From Planctomycetota bacterium (GTDB taxonomy: Bacteria; Planctomycetota; Phycisphaerae; WQYP01), in the NCBI GenBank assembly GCA_021805985.1, contig JAJZDN010000014.1:9230-73229 (forward strand): a DNA stretch of 64,000 nt. Reading direction: 5' to 3'. Below the pieces are notes generated by a model. That model had not been told where the DNA came from and did not search any database. It worked only from the letters and a program-made list of their open reading frames with translations. Positions 38,839-48,817 of the stretch are shown piece after piece (positions within the stretch are counted from its first letter, which is position 1; each line of letters opens with the position of its first letter). Made by a program: the position numbers and the translations under genes.

Positions 38839-39432
38839 ATGCGAATCATTGCTGGAACATTTAGAACACGACGGCTTATCGGGCCGGACTCTATGACTAC
38901 CCGCCCTATTACAGATCGGGCCAAACAATCTCTTTTCGACGCGTTAACCTGCGCTGTAACGATTCCCGATTCTGTCGTGTTGGATTGCTTCTCCGGCACT
39001 GGCAGTCTGGGGCTGGAATGTCTGTCGCGGGGAGCAAAGCGGGCGATTTTTGTGGAGCGAGATCGCAATGCGCTGGATGGTCTTCGCAACAATATAGGGG
39101 CCTTGCGCGTTGAACAGGAGTGTGATGTGCTTTCCGCGGATGCCTATCACATGGGGCTGTTACTTTCCGGCAAACTGCGCGGGCAGCAACTGGGATTGGC
39201 CTTTATAGATCCGCCTTATGCCCACATGGAAACGCCGGAAGGCCGCAAGCGTGTGGATGAGCTTATCGGTGCGCTGTTGACATCCCTGGCTCCAGAGGCC
39301 TTGATCATCCTGCGGCATCCCACGGTCGTAACCCTTAATGACATGGCGATTTACCCACGGGTGGTTCGGGAGTTACAGTATGGGGCGATGGCAATAACCT
39401 GGCTGGTGGCCGGCACAGTTCCGGCACAATGA
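38839..39432 (+). CDS. rsmD: 16S rRNA m2G966 methyltransferase
   Basis: MRIIAG, TRPITDRAKQSLF, LDCFSGTGSLGLECLSRGA, DPPY. Confidence 0.92.
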   Translation: MRIIAGTFRTRRLIGPDSMTTRPITDRAKQSLFDALTCAVTIPDSVVLDCFSGTGSLGLECLSRGAKRAIFVERDRNALDGLRNNIGALRVEQECDVLSADAYHMGLLLSGKLRGQQLGLAFIDPPYAHMETPEGRKRVDELIGALLTSLAPEALIILRHPTVVTLNDMAIYPRVVRELQYGAMAITWLVAGTVPAQ

Positions 39433-39444
39433 CGGATTTTGTTT

Positions 39445-40371
39445 ATGCCGACATATCAATACCGATTTTTTAAGCCCGCCCAGGCGGCCCAACTGCGGCG
39501 TTTGGAACTGATGGTGCGCGGCGTGGTGGAGGGCGTGTACGCGGGCATGCACAAAAGCCCGCACAAGGGTTTTTCCATTGAGTTTGCGGAACACCGGGAA
39601 TATGTGCCCGGCGATGAAATTAAACATCTGGATTGGACCGTTCTGGCGAAAACCGACCGGTACTACATCAAGCAATATGAGCAGGAAACCAACCTTCGGG
39701 CGACCATCTGCCTGGACGCGTCGGCGTCGATGAATTTTGGCGCTGCAACCTTGACTGATCCACAGGGCAAAACACTCCAGGGCGTCACCAAGTTTGAATA
39801 CGGGGCCGTTCTGGCGGCATCACTCGCGTATATGCTGTCTAATCAGCAGGATATGGTAGGCCTAATCGCGTTTGATAAAACCATCCGGCTGGAAATTCCC
39901 CAAGGCAACGGCCCCTCCCATCTGGATCAGATTTTTGTGAGTCTGGAAAAACTTTCGCCCAGTCGTGAGACCGATATTTCCGGCACGCTGCATCTGCTGG
40001 CCAATAAAATTCCACGCCGCGGACTGGTTATTGTCATCAGCGACCTGTTTGATGATCCGGATAAAATCACCAGCGCCCTGCAACATTTGCGCCACGCCCG
40101 GCATCAACTGGTACTCATGCAGGTACTGGATCGCGGAGAAATGGAATTGGCTTATAACCGGCCCATCACATTTGAAGATATGGAAGATGGATCGCGCCTG
40201 CAGATTGATCCTAAGCTTATTCGCGATGATTATCGCCGGGAAGTACAGGCATTCCTCGATTTAATTAAAAAACGGTGCGGCCAATCCCGCATCGATTATG
40301 TTACCGCCTTCACGGATGTGCCATGGGACGCGCAGATTCGTGAATTGCTGCGCCGCACATCGCGGCGCTGA
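39445..40371 (+). CDS. DUF58 vWA-domain protein
   Basis: GMHKSPHKGFSIEFAEHREYVPGD, IKQYEQETN, LDASASM, VISDL. Confidence 0.9.
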   Translation: MPTYQYRFFKPAQAAQLRRLELMVRGVVEGVYAGMHKSPHKGFSIEFAEHREYVPGDEIKHLDWTVLAKTDRYYIKQYEQETNLRATICLDASASMNFGAATLTDPQGKTLQGVTKFEYGAVLAASLAYMLSNQQDMVGLIAFDKTIRLEIPQGNGPSHLDQIFVSLEKLSPSRETDISGTLHLLANKIPRRGLVIVISDLFDDPDKITSALQHLRHARHQLVLMQVLDRGEMELAYNRPITFEDMEDGSRLQIDPKLIRDDYRREVQAFLDLIKKRCGQSRIDYVTAFTDVPWDAQIRELLRRTSRR

Positions 40372-40396
40372 TGGTGCATAACAGCGCTTGGAAAGG

Positions 40397-42943
40397 ATGC
40401 GCATGAATGATTTGCCGCTGGCGGCTATGAATTTTTCAGATCCAGTCATGCTGCTGGGCCTTCTGGCGGCTGGCATTCCCGTGCTGCTGCATCTGTTGAA
40501 CCGCGTGCGATCGCCCATTGTACGCTTTCCGACGCTGCGCTTTTTGCGCGTCACAGCCCAGAAAACATCACGCAAACGGCAGGTCCAGCAATTTGTGCTG
40601 CTGCTTTTGCGCATGGCGGTTTTTGCCATGATCGCCATGGCCATTGCCGGCCCCCTGGTCCATGGCGGATCGCCCTTCGCGGCGTATGGCATGGTGTTAT
40701 TATTGCTGGGCGGTATTGCCGTGCTGGCGGTGATGACCGTCATATTCAGCAATGCTTTGGATCAACGCAAAACCGCTGGTGCTGCGGCTGCACCGACCGC
40801 TGGTATAAAAGATCCTCCGGCTCCGGCGGAACGCAGGCCCAGCCTGTTGTGGCCGGTGATTTTTATGCTTCTGGGCCTGGTTGCGGCCGTCGCTGCCATC
40901 TTGGGTCTGGGGACTGACAGCCTTTTTCCCAATGTCGGTACCCATTTCAACGGGCAATCCACCGCGTGTGTGATAATTTTGGATAATTCGCAGTCCATGC
41001 TGGTTCAGGATGGCACACACACTCGTCTGCAAACCGCGATTGATCAAACCCGTGATCTTCTTGGACAAAGCCTCACGCCATCGCGTATGGCTGTGCTGCT
41101 GACGAATCCGGGCAGCAGTCCCGTTCCGGATCATCTGGGCAGCGATCGTGTGGCGCAGATCGCCCCATTGAACGCGGTCAAAAGCACCGGCCGAGCATTA
41201 CCCCTGCGGCAGTTGATCGCCCAAGCGGTAAACTTGCTGAAAAATTCTATCCGGCCCAACCGCATGCTGATTATTATTTCAGATTTCGCGGGGCCAGCGG
41301 CATCCGATACTGGCATGTTTGCCCCACTGAAAAAAGTGCCGGGAATTCAGTTGGTCCTTATGCCGCAGGCAACCGGCACGCCGGATGATGTGGCCATCGC
41401 GCAATGGGGTATTAAGCATGGTGCGGCAGTCGTGGGGGCTACGGTCCGTTTCCGCGGAACCGTCATTAACAATGGTGCCACAGCCGTAGCACCGCGGTTC
41501 GGGCTGAATGTGGATGGAAAAAAAGCCGCCAATACCGAGGCCCGCGCTACATTAGGGCCGGTCGGCACCGATTCCAGCCGCGCCAATATTACCGTGACGT
41601 ATCAGCTAAGAGAGCCGGGCCTTCACCGCTTTACTCTTACCGAATCAGACAGCAGCCATGCCATGGCTTGGGGTGATCGCCGCAGCTTAATATTGCCGGT
41701 AAAAAATAAGATACGCGTGCTGGTGGCCGGAAATCAGCCGCAGCTTGCGGGTGCATCCACAGCTTTTTATGTGGATGCGGCGCTGGCACCGTTTTCCACG
41801 GTCGGCCCCGCGGGTGCCAAGCCGACATTATGGAGCATTCAACCGACGTACCGTTCCTACACCGCCGTGCCGGCGATGAGTTTGTCCTCTTATGCGGCTG
41901 TGTTTATTTGCGACGTACCGCGGATTTCACCCCAACTGGCACAAAAGTTACACCGATTTGTGGTAGGTGGCGGACGGTTATGCTGGCTTTTAGGCCCCGC
42001 GGTTGATGCCCACAACTACAACGCCGTGGCCGCGGGAAGTCTCCAATTATTGCCGGGAGAAATTTCCGGACCCGTGAGCAGTCAAACGGGGGCGGCGGTG
42101 AACTGGGTGGATGTGAAAAGCCACATTTTTGCCGGTTTATTTCAAACCCAGGAGCCATTCCAGCGCATTGTGGTTGTGGGGCGGTGGAGTTTGCCGGGAA
42201 ATTCGCCGGTCATTGGCAAGGTGCTGTCACGTCTGCGTGATGATTCGCTGTTGCTGGTGCAGCATTCGTTGGGGCATGGGCGGGTCTACACGTTCTTAAC
42301 CGCCCCCGGCGGCGGCTGGAGCAACATCGCGTCCACCAATGCATTTTTACCGATGATGGTGCGTATTGCCTTGGGCAATGCGGCGGCCAGTGCGGGCATT
42401 ACGTCCTACTCACCGGGAAGGGCTGTGCCAATTCATGTACCAACCAGGAACTCTCGTCTGTCGATTAACGTTACAGCGCCGAAGTCTCATACGCCGGTAA
42501 ATGTTTCGGCCTCGCGCACGCCCGACGGCCGCCTGGTGTGGCGATTTACCGGTGCCCAACGTGCCGGCGTGTATCACTGGCAGAGCTTTAATGGCAAATA
42601 TTCTGGTGAATTTATCGTCAACGTACCATCGGGTGAGGCGGATTTACACCCGGTCGGTGCGACGGTGTTGGCCAAAGAGGCCCCGAAAAAACAGACAGTT
42701 TTTATCGCCGCCACTGCCAAAAAATTAGTAGCGGAACTGGCAAAAACCAGCGAAGGAAATTCCCTGATGCCGGGAATTCTTGCCCTGGTGATGATTTTAG
42801 CAATTGTTGAAGCTCTTCTGGCCAACCGTTATAAGCCGGTCAAAATCACGCCGGAGCAACAATTTTCCCAAAATGGTCGCCCGGATGCCGACGTTGAAGA
42901 TGACCGCACCAGCAGCGCGGCCCTTGAAGCTTTAGCCCAGTAG
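40397..42943 (+). CDS. BatA/vWA-domain membrane protein
   Basis: IPVLLHLLNR......FPTLRFL...LLLLRM (BatA), ILDNSQSM (MIDAS), IISDF, C-terminal TM with EALLANR. Confidence 0.85.
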   Translation: MRMNDLPLAAMNFSDPVMLLGLLAAGIPVLLHLLNRVRSPIVRFPTLRFLRVTAQKTSRKRQVQQFVLLLLRMAVFAMIAMAIAGPLVHGGSPFAAYGMVLLLLGGIAVLAVMTVIFSNALDQRKTAGAAAAPTAGIKDPPAPAERRPSLLWPVIFMLLGLVAAVAAILGLGTDSLFPNVGTHFNGQSTACVIILDNSQSMLVQDGTHTRLQTAIDQTRDLLGQSLTPSRMAVLLTNPGSSPVPDHLGSDRVAQIAPLNAVKSTGRALPLRQLIAQAVNLLKNSIRPNRMLIIISDFAGPAASDTGMFAPLKKVPGIQLVLMPQATGTPDDVAIAQWGIKHGAAVVGATVRFRGTVINNGATAVAPRFGLNVDGKKAANTEARATLGPVGTDSSRANITVTYQLREPGLHRFTLTESDSSHAMAWGDRRSLILPVKNKIRVLVAGNQPQLAGASTAFYVDAALAPFSTVGPAGAKPTLWSIQPTYRSYTAVPAMSLSSYAAVFICDVPRISPQLAQKLHRFVVGGGRLCWLLGPAVDAHNYNAVAAGSLQLLPGEISGPVSSQTGAAVNWVDVKSHIFAGLFQTQEPFQRIVVVGRWSLPGNSPVIGKVLSRLRDDSLLLVQHSLGHGRVYTFLTAPGGGWSNIASTNAFLPMMVRIALGNAAASAGITSYSPGRAVPIHVPTRNSRLSINVTAPKSHTPVNVSASRTPDGRLVWRFTGAQRAGVYHWQSFNGKYSGEFIVNVPSGEADLHPVGATVLAKEAPKKQTVFIAATAKKLVAELAKTSEGNSLMPGILALVMILAIVEALLANRYKPVKITPEQQFSQNGRPDADVEDDRTSSAALEALAQ

Positions 42944-42989
42944 CAAGGCATTGAACTGGGGAATTAAAGCCTGCGCACGGCTCCTCGGC

Positions 42990-43170
42990 GTGCCATCCGT
43001 GTCAGGTACGCCATCGTCGCCACTACCTGTAGAGCACCGGATGGTAATCCGGTGGTTGATCCAGTGTCGCCAACCAACCACCGGGTTATCACCACGGTGC
43101 TCTACGCGACGATACCCCGAGAGGCCAAAAATCACGCCGTCGCAACCCGGCCATTACTCGCACAGGCTCC
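42990..43170 (-). mobile_element. MITE-like element with inverted REP-like pair (family A, copy 2)
   Basis: GTAGAGCACCGGAT-GGTA-ATCCGGTGGTTG...CAACCACCGGGTTATCACCACGGTGCTCTAC; reverse complement of 1884-2065 with few differences. Confidence 0.75.
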
Positions 43171-43329
43171 TTGCATATACCGACCAAGAGCATCCAATGC
43201 CTTGGCATGGCCAAGCTTTTCCGGTGCCTGCGGCGACCGTCTTGGGGTGTTGGTAGTTTTCTGGGTAACCGGTGGAAAAATTATCAGTGCCCGTAAAACG
43301 GGAGCGATAAATAGGGCTTTCTTATTGTT

Positions 43330-43600
43330 TTATAAACGCGTTCTTAGCAATTTTCTAACAGGTTCAGAGAATCTGACAAGGTTTGCTGACATTCAACCGA
43401 CGGCTTTTACACGGTAAAAACATACTGTGTATAAATTTGTAAGTATCTATAAAATAATAACTTACATAAAATCAACGCACCATTTCCCACAATCTGACAG
43501 GGCTTATAACGATGATGATGTTCTTATAGTTTAATTATTAATACGGCCGCCGCCGCCCAGACGTATGGACATACCGCTATAAATTGTGGATAACCTGTTA
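43330..43600. other. candidate chromosomal replication origin (oriC)
   Basis: AT-rich gap between convergent genes; perfect DnaA box TGTGGATAA (about 43585), TGTGTATAA (about 43426), and TTTCCCACA-ATCTGACA-GGG followed by trio-like CTT ATA ACG ATG ATG ATG TTC TTA and an AT run. Confidence 0.75.
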
Positions 43601-43602
43601 AT

Positions 43603-44127
43603 TCAACCCGTGGTTCTGGCACGATCAACAACTGTTTTTACTTTGAAAATCAGGCCTTTGGTAGCAATTTGCAGGTGGCGAAGTCCGGGGGTTCCAGGGC
43701 GTAGGAGCATATCCACTTCGATCTTTGCGGTGCTGCATGAGCAATAGAGCGTCAGAAGTCCGCGTTGCAACGGGCCAAAGGCGATGCTGCGCCAGAGCTT
43801 TTCCGGCAGGGTAGATTGAAGAGTTTCACTGGCGGTGGCCAGTACGTCGCCGGTTTTGGTCACATGCGTTTGGAACCATTGCGGCAGAAAATCTCCCAAT
43901 TTTTCCGGCGGCCGGCGATCAGACCGCGGTGAGAGTGAAATTTTCCTTTGCAGAGTTTTAAGTTGCATGCGTTCGCGACTGTTACGCAAATCTTCCAATG
44001 TGACGCGCTGACGGGAAAGGGCGGATTTCGATGAGGATTTCTTAAATCCAGCCCGGGCCGTACGCAGAGGTTTGATGGCCGCTGCCGCCGATATCGGATG
44101 TTGATGGTTGGATTTATTCGCGGCCAT
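43603..44127 (-). CDS. DUF721/DciA-like protein
   Basis: PEKLGDFL...LPEKL......LQRGLLTLYCSCST pattern; adjacent to the candidate oriC; CAGGAG-type spacing region upstream on the minus strand (GGAG RBS). Confidence 0.55.
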   Translation of the reverse strand: MAANKSNHQHPISAAAAIKPLRTARAGFKKSSSKSALSRQRVTLEDLRNSRERMQLKTLQRKISLSPRSDRRPPEKLGDFLPQWFQTHVTKTGDVLATASETLQSTLPEKLWRSIAFGPLQRGLLTLYCSCSTAKIEVDMLLRPGTPGLRHLQIATKGLIFKVKTVVDRARTTG

Positions 44128-44569
44128 CAGGAGTTCTCCGTCAATATCCAGAGAGCTTAACGCCTCACTACGGGTACTTCAAGATTTCTTGGCTATCCTG
44201 AATATTATAATAAATGGATGATTGGGCGTCAGGCTGTGGCCAAACACATCCTTTGCAATGGCCAGCCAGCTTCACACATTCCTGCCAGTGAGTCCAGGCT
44301 TTCTGGATTGGCCGTTGCCATGGGCCGGGGATTGCCTGGAACTTCTCGTGCCAGGCGTTCAGCCAGCCGCCGGCCAGCAGCATTTCGGATTTTCGTTGCG
44401 GCGTTGTTGCGGTTCTGTCGGCTGCGCCCGGCGCATCGACCATGCGGTAAAACACTCCCGCGGAATGCGGGCCGCCGGCCCTGCTCCCTCCGAGATTACA
44501 TTGCGCAAGCCGTGAAGGCGGTTTCCGCGATTTTTCATTCCGGGCTGGTTCCGTTACGAGCGCCTTTTG

Positions 44570-45187
44570 TCAATGCGTGGCGGTGGGGATTTCGGCGAGT
44601 GCCGCGGTCAGGTTGCTTTTTTCAATCGCAGTCGGGGCCTCCGAAATCGCCCGCTTTAGCCGGAACCGTGCGACCGGCCGCCCTTCCACGTTTTCCAATA
44701 TTGCTACCATCGTATGCCTGTACCGAAATTGGGTTCCGTGCTGTAATGCCGCGATGATTGGTTTCACGCTTGGCATTCCGATTCGCGTGAGTGCGTTGGC
44801 AGCCGGGCTGGCCCCTATAATTACGAGCGGCAGGCCCTTAATAATTCCTTGGGGATAAGGAAAGCTGATGTCCTTGATCAACCGCGGAACCGCACCCGCG
44901 ATCCTGTACATTCCCAAGAGGTAGATGGCCGATGCCTTCACGTCTGGTTTGGATGACTTGGCCATTGACAGAAGAAACATTTCCAATTTACGCCGCCGCA
45001 ACGTAAGGGGGTAGAGGCACCGCTGTAGGGAATGCTTGCCAGTGGCATTGAGGTGTGCAAGTACATTCTGTGCAGAAACTGGCGATGCGCCGTTTTTCGC
45101 CGGCACCGCACCGCTGGCTGTCGCCACGACGCAAAATAGAAGGCCTATTGCGGCCGGCGACCACAACATCAATTTAGAGCTTCTCAT
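44570..45187 (-). CDS. exported HEAT-repeat-like protein
   Basis: AAGGAG RBS, signal peptide, AIYLLGMYRIAGAVPRLI and AANALTRIGMPSVKPIIAAL. Confidence 0.6.
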   Translation of the reverse strand: MRSSKLMLWSPAAIGLLFCVVATASGAVPAKNGASPVSAQNVLAHLNATGKHSLQRCLYPLTLRRRKLEMFLLSMAKSSKPDVKASAIYLLGMYRIAGAVPRLIKDISFPYPQGIIKGLPLVIIGASPAANALTRIGMPSVKPIIAALQHGTQFRYRHTMVAILENVEGRPVARFRLKRAISEAPTAIEKSNLTAALAEIPTATH

Positions 45188-45615
45188 ATTAGAACTCCTT
45201 TCGTTAAAGAAAAATCGACGACCGAACTAACGCCCAAACCCTTTCTGCTCTCCGGCAGGCTAATTAGCCGGTCCCGCCGGATCTTTAGCAGGAAGGCTAA
45301 TCTGGCCCGTCCCACCCGACGCAAAATAGATTTGCGGTTTCTTTTTGACATTCCAGCCGACTTGGAAATCCCAATGGGCGTGGCTCGAGCATACCATGCC
45401 GCCCCATTCCATCCAATCGCGGAAAGCACGCGGAAAGCACCGGTCGGGTCATGGCCCGGCAATAGCTCTGCGGCAATGGATATACTTCAACAAGCCAATC
45501 CCGCTGGCGGTTGTATAGAGTGTGGCCATCTTTATTAAACAGACTACAGACTTAAGCGATAAATACCGGGATTGTTAAGGTGACACCTGTCCTGTAATCC
45601 GTGGAACCCGAGCTG

Positions 45616-45680
45616 CCTCCGTTGCGCCTACGGGACATTTCAGACCCATCGCAATCCCGGCCATTGCTTGGACCGGCTCC
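45616..45680 (-). repeat. family A element end (subtype shared with 27358-27423)
   Basis: TACGGGACATTTCAGACCCATCGCAATCCCGGCCATTGCTTGGACCGGCTCC. Confidence 0.7.
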
Positions 45681-45693
45681 CGGCGGAATCGCG

Positions 45694-46686
45694 TTACTTT
45701 AGTCGCACAATGTCCTGCCGTTGCAGGCCCAGGCGGGAAAATTCAGGCTCGGTTTGCCCCAGCCAGCGCATGGCGTCGGTGTAATAACCGGCCGTGGGGG
45801 CAAGATCAGGAATTTGCAATTTCCACCACTGATTGAACATGAGCATATATAATTCGCGTATATATTTACATATCATACTGGCCAGGGCTACCGGCAGAGA
45901 GTGTTGCTCCGCTTTTTCCCGGAATATGATCAGTGTGTTTCCCGGAGGGGCGGGGGTTGTAATTAAATACTGGCTTTCCTGAGGGGATTCCAGCAGGACT
46001 TTCAGTGAACAATCGGGAAAGGTGTTCATCAGCAGGCGGGTGTAATGATCGCGACCCCCCTGCTTATCTATAAACAACAGCAAGTCTGATTTATGGAACC
46101 GATCATGCAGATTTCGCGCGTGCATCATGGTGATGCTGGTTAGCACGGAGGCTTTATTATTAGTAGCCGAGACCAGGCGATTAAATTCAGGCACATCCAA
46201 AACACGGGTCCATAGACCCGCGGGGGGCGTGCTGGCTAAATGGATAGTGTTTTTAAGCATATTGGTGGCAATCGCGATCGAACCAGAATCGCCAAACGCG
46301 GGCAGCGCCACATTGCTTTGCCAGGGGAGTGCTACGGGAGCCGGGGTACTTATTGCCGGCAGGGAAAGGCTGTTAAGAAGATTGTTGTAGTCTTCCAGGG
46401 GTGCAGAAGTTGCTGAAGTCATCCGCTGAGTTGCCAGCACAGCTCGTTCGAGGTGTTTATTACCGCCAGAAAGCCGGTGTACCACTTTACTATCGGCAAT
46501 AATTAATTTTCCAGATTTTACCGGCGGCTTGGCCACCACCGTGGGAGAAAGTCTGTTCCATAATTTCTGCGCAGCAGTGGTGTCGTTAATATCCAGCGGT
46601 TCGGGAAATGTAAACGCCGCCGCCGACACAACCAGCGGCCCCAGCAAAGGCCCGTATCCCGCTTCATCAATTCCGGCAATCAGCAT
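45694..46686 (-). CDS. rnhB: ribonuclease HII-like protein (planctomycete type)
   Basis: AGIDEAGYGPLLGPLVV, ADSK, IDKQGGR, VALASMICKYIRE, TAGY. Confidence 0.7.
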   Translation of the reverse strand: MLIAGIDEAGYGPLLGPLVVSAAAFTFPEPLDINDTTAAQKLWNRLSPTVVAKPPVKSGKLIIADSKVVHRLSGGNKHLERAVLATQRMTSATSAPLEDYNNLLNSLSLPAISTPAPVALPWQSNVALPAFGDSGSIAIATNMLKNTIHLASTPPAGLWTRVLDVPEFNRLVSATNNKASVLTSITMMHARNLHDRFHKSDLLLFIDKQGGRDHYTRLLMNTFPDCSLKVLLESPQESQYLITTPAPPGNTLIIFREKAEQHSLPVALASMICKYIRELYMLMFNQWWKLQIPDLAPTAGYYTDAMRWLGQTEPEFSRLGLQRQDIVRLK

Positions 46687-46831
46687 AGCAGGCTTATAAT
46701 CAGCGGGGCCGCAGAAGGCAAATATCATGAGCTATGATGAGGAAAAATTCTGTGTAGAAAACTTACGCACGGTGCTCACCTCTGTTTCATTCAAGTCTTT
46801 TGGGAAATCACCGGGGCGGATTCCGCTGCCT

Positions 46832-47782
46832 TCACTTTGCAGGTAAGAATCGCTCTTTTTTAAGCCACGCGGCGCAGGCTTTGGGCCAGCCAGTGGAATC
46901 TGTTCCTTTTAATCCCAGGCCAAAGCCGTGGCCGCCGTGTTTGAACTCGATGAGTTTAGCGGGAATGCCGTTGCGTTTCAGAGCGGCGTAAAAGCGTTTC
47001 TCATTCTGATGATTCACAGAATGATCATCATGGGCGTAAAATATAAATGCAGGCGGCGTCAGGGCGCTGACATTTAATTCGCTGGAAAAGTATTGGTCCA
47101 CCTGTAAGGGAGCGTTTTTCCACAGCAAAGAGGCGTGGGAAAGAGGATGAGTAATTCCCGGCATCATGGAAATGACTGGATACCCCAGCACCAGAAAATC
47201 CGGCCGGGTGCTGATACGATTGAGCTGATTTTTGGCATTCGGGTTTCCGGGTAACCAATGCACGCCGGATAACGAAGCGACCGATCCGCCGGCAGAAAAC
47301 CCCATGACGCCCACATCATGTGAATTAATATGCCATGGCTTGGCGTGGGCACGGACAATCTGCACGGCGCGGCGTACATCCTGCAGGGGCCAGGGAATGC
47401 CGCTGGGCGGAAGTTGGCCTTGAGGCAGGCGATATTTTAGTACAAAGCAAGTCACGCCAAGTTTATTAAACCACCGTGCTACGCGATAGCCCTCTAAACC
47501 GATGGCTTCTTCCACATACGCCCCGCCGGGGCAGATCACTACGGCACAGCCGCTGGCCTTGCCGGCCGGGGGAAGATAACTCCGCAGCGTCGGCCAGGGG
47601 ATTGGACCGCGAATATGTCGGCCCCTGCCCGCGGGATAAAAGGATTTATCCGCACGCTGATTTTTCGGCACATTCAAGTGTGGCCAGACGGCAATAACCG
47701 GGCGCGTGTTCGCCGAAATAGTGGCGGGTAGAAGCAGCAGGGCCACGACAATTAAGACATATTTGGTCATAAGGTTCTCCAT
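46832..47782 (-). CDS. secreted alpha/beta hydrolase (carbohydrate esterase-like), paralog 1
   Basis: ICPGGAY, LKYRLP, GFSAGG nucleophile, RPDFLVLGYPVI, DD..V, GHGFGL. Confidence 0.85.
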   Translation of the reverse strand: MENLMTKYVLIVVALLLLPATISANTRPVIAVWPHLNVPKNQRADKSFYPAGRGRHIRGPIPWPTLRSYLPPAGKASGCAVVICPGGAYVEEAIGLEGYRVARWFNKLGVTCFVLKYRLPQGQLPPSGIPWPLQDVRRAVQIVRAHAKPWHINSHDVGVMGFSAGGSVASLSGVHWLPGNPNAKNQLNRISTRPDFLVLGYPVISMMPGITHPLSHASLLWKNAPLQVDQYFSSELNVSALTPPAFIFYAHDDHSVNHQNEKRFYAALKRNGIPAKLIEFKHGGHGFGLGLKGTDSTGWPKACAAWLKKERFLPAK

Positions 47783-47823
47783 TGAAGGTGTCAGTGGGCT
47801 TCATTGGCGATTAACGAATTTTA

Positions 47824-48780
47824 TTATTTCACGGGTGGTAAAAAGTGCATCTGTTGTAACCAGCGGGCGCAGTCCTTGGGCCATTGCATGGAATCCGTAT
47901 TTTTTTCCCCCAACCCAAAGCCATGACGTCCGCGCTGGAATTCTACGAGTTTAGCCCCGATGCCGTGGCGTTTCAGCGCGGCATAAAAGCGTTTTTCGTT
48001 TTGATGATTGACGGTTGTATCGTCATGGGCAAAAAATATAAATGCAGGTGGCGTCAGGGCGGTGACATTCAATTCGCTGGAAAAATACTTTTCGATGTCT
48101 CGCGTTGGATTTTGGCCCAGCAGACGAAGAAATGTTCCCCGGTTGGTAATGGACGGCATCATGGAAATGACCGGATACCCCAGAACCAGAAAATCTGGAC
48201 GGGTGCTGAAACGATTCAGTGGATTTCCGGCGTTGGGATTTCCGGGCAACCAATGCACGCCGGCCAAAGAAGCCACCGACCCCCCCGCCGAGAATCCCAT
48301 CACCCCAACGCGATGCGGATTAATATGCCACTGCGTCGCGTGAGCGCGGACAATCTGCACGGCGCGGCGTACATCCTGCAAGGGCCAGGGCACGCCGCTG
48401 GGCGGAAGCTTGCCGTTTGGCAGGCGATATTTAAGCACAAAGCAACTCGCGCCGCGTTTATTGAACCAACGCGCCACGCGATAGCCCTCCAGTGACATGG
48501 CTTCCACAGCATAGCCTCCACCGGGACAAATCACGATGGCGCAGCCGTTGGCCACGGTTTTTGGCGCGGGAAATAGCGTTAACGTGGGCCAGCGCACCGG
48601 GTGTATAACGACATCGCCAATGACTTTTCTTATGGTGCGGTCATGCCGCTGGGCTGCGGAAATATGAAGCTGTGGCCACACGGGAATAATCTGTGGTGCC
48701 GCTTCCAGCACATTGTGCGACGGCAGCATGCCCAATAGAAGAAGACCTAAAACCCGCATAATATGTTTTTTTAAGGCCAT
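47824..48780 (-). CDS. secreted alpha/beta hydrolase (carbohydrate esterase-like), paralog 2
   Basis: Same motifs (ICPGGGY, GFSAGG, HGFGL); long stretches identical to paralog 1. Confidence 0.85.
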   Translation of the reverse strand: MALKKHIMRVLGLLLLGMLPSHNVLEAAPQIIPVWPQLHISAAQRHDRTIRKVIGDVVIHPVRWPTLTLFPAPKTVANGCAIVICPGGGYAVEAMSLEGYRVARWFNKRGASCFVLKYRLPNGKLPPSGVPWPLQDVRRAVQIVRAHATQWHINPHRVGVMGFSAGGSVASLAGVHWLPGNPNAGNPLNRFSTRPDFLVLGYPVISMMPSITNRGTFLRLLGQNPTRDIEKYFSSELNVTALTPPAFIFFAHDDTTVNHQNEKRFYAALKRHGIGAKLVEFQRGRHGFGLGEKNTDSMQWPKDCARWLQQMHFLPPVK

Positions 48781-48817
48781 CGAATCCTCCAAAAAAGGGT
48801 TAAAAATAAGGGTATTC

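Noticed and set aside
38409-39092. Long minus-strand ORF 38196..39092 and the many other antisense ORFs in the track (e.g. 8399..9085, 32441..33274, 62722..63999)
   Set aside because: They are shadow frames of well-supported genes on the opposite strand; only the last 71 codons of 38196..39092 carry real (transposase) signal.
45184-45540. Short ORF starting with DPTG upstream of the HEAT-like gene, as a possible second Rhs tip
   Set aside because: No NLY.Y or GRW core precedes it. An 11-bp tandem duplication (TGCTTTCCGCG on the minus strand) suggests a frameshifted remnant I cannot identify.
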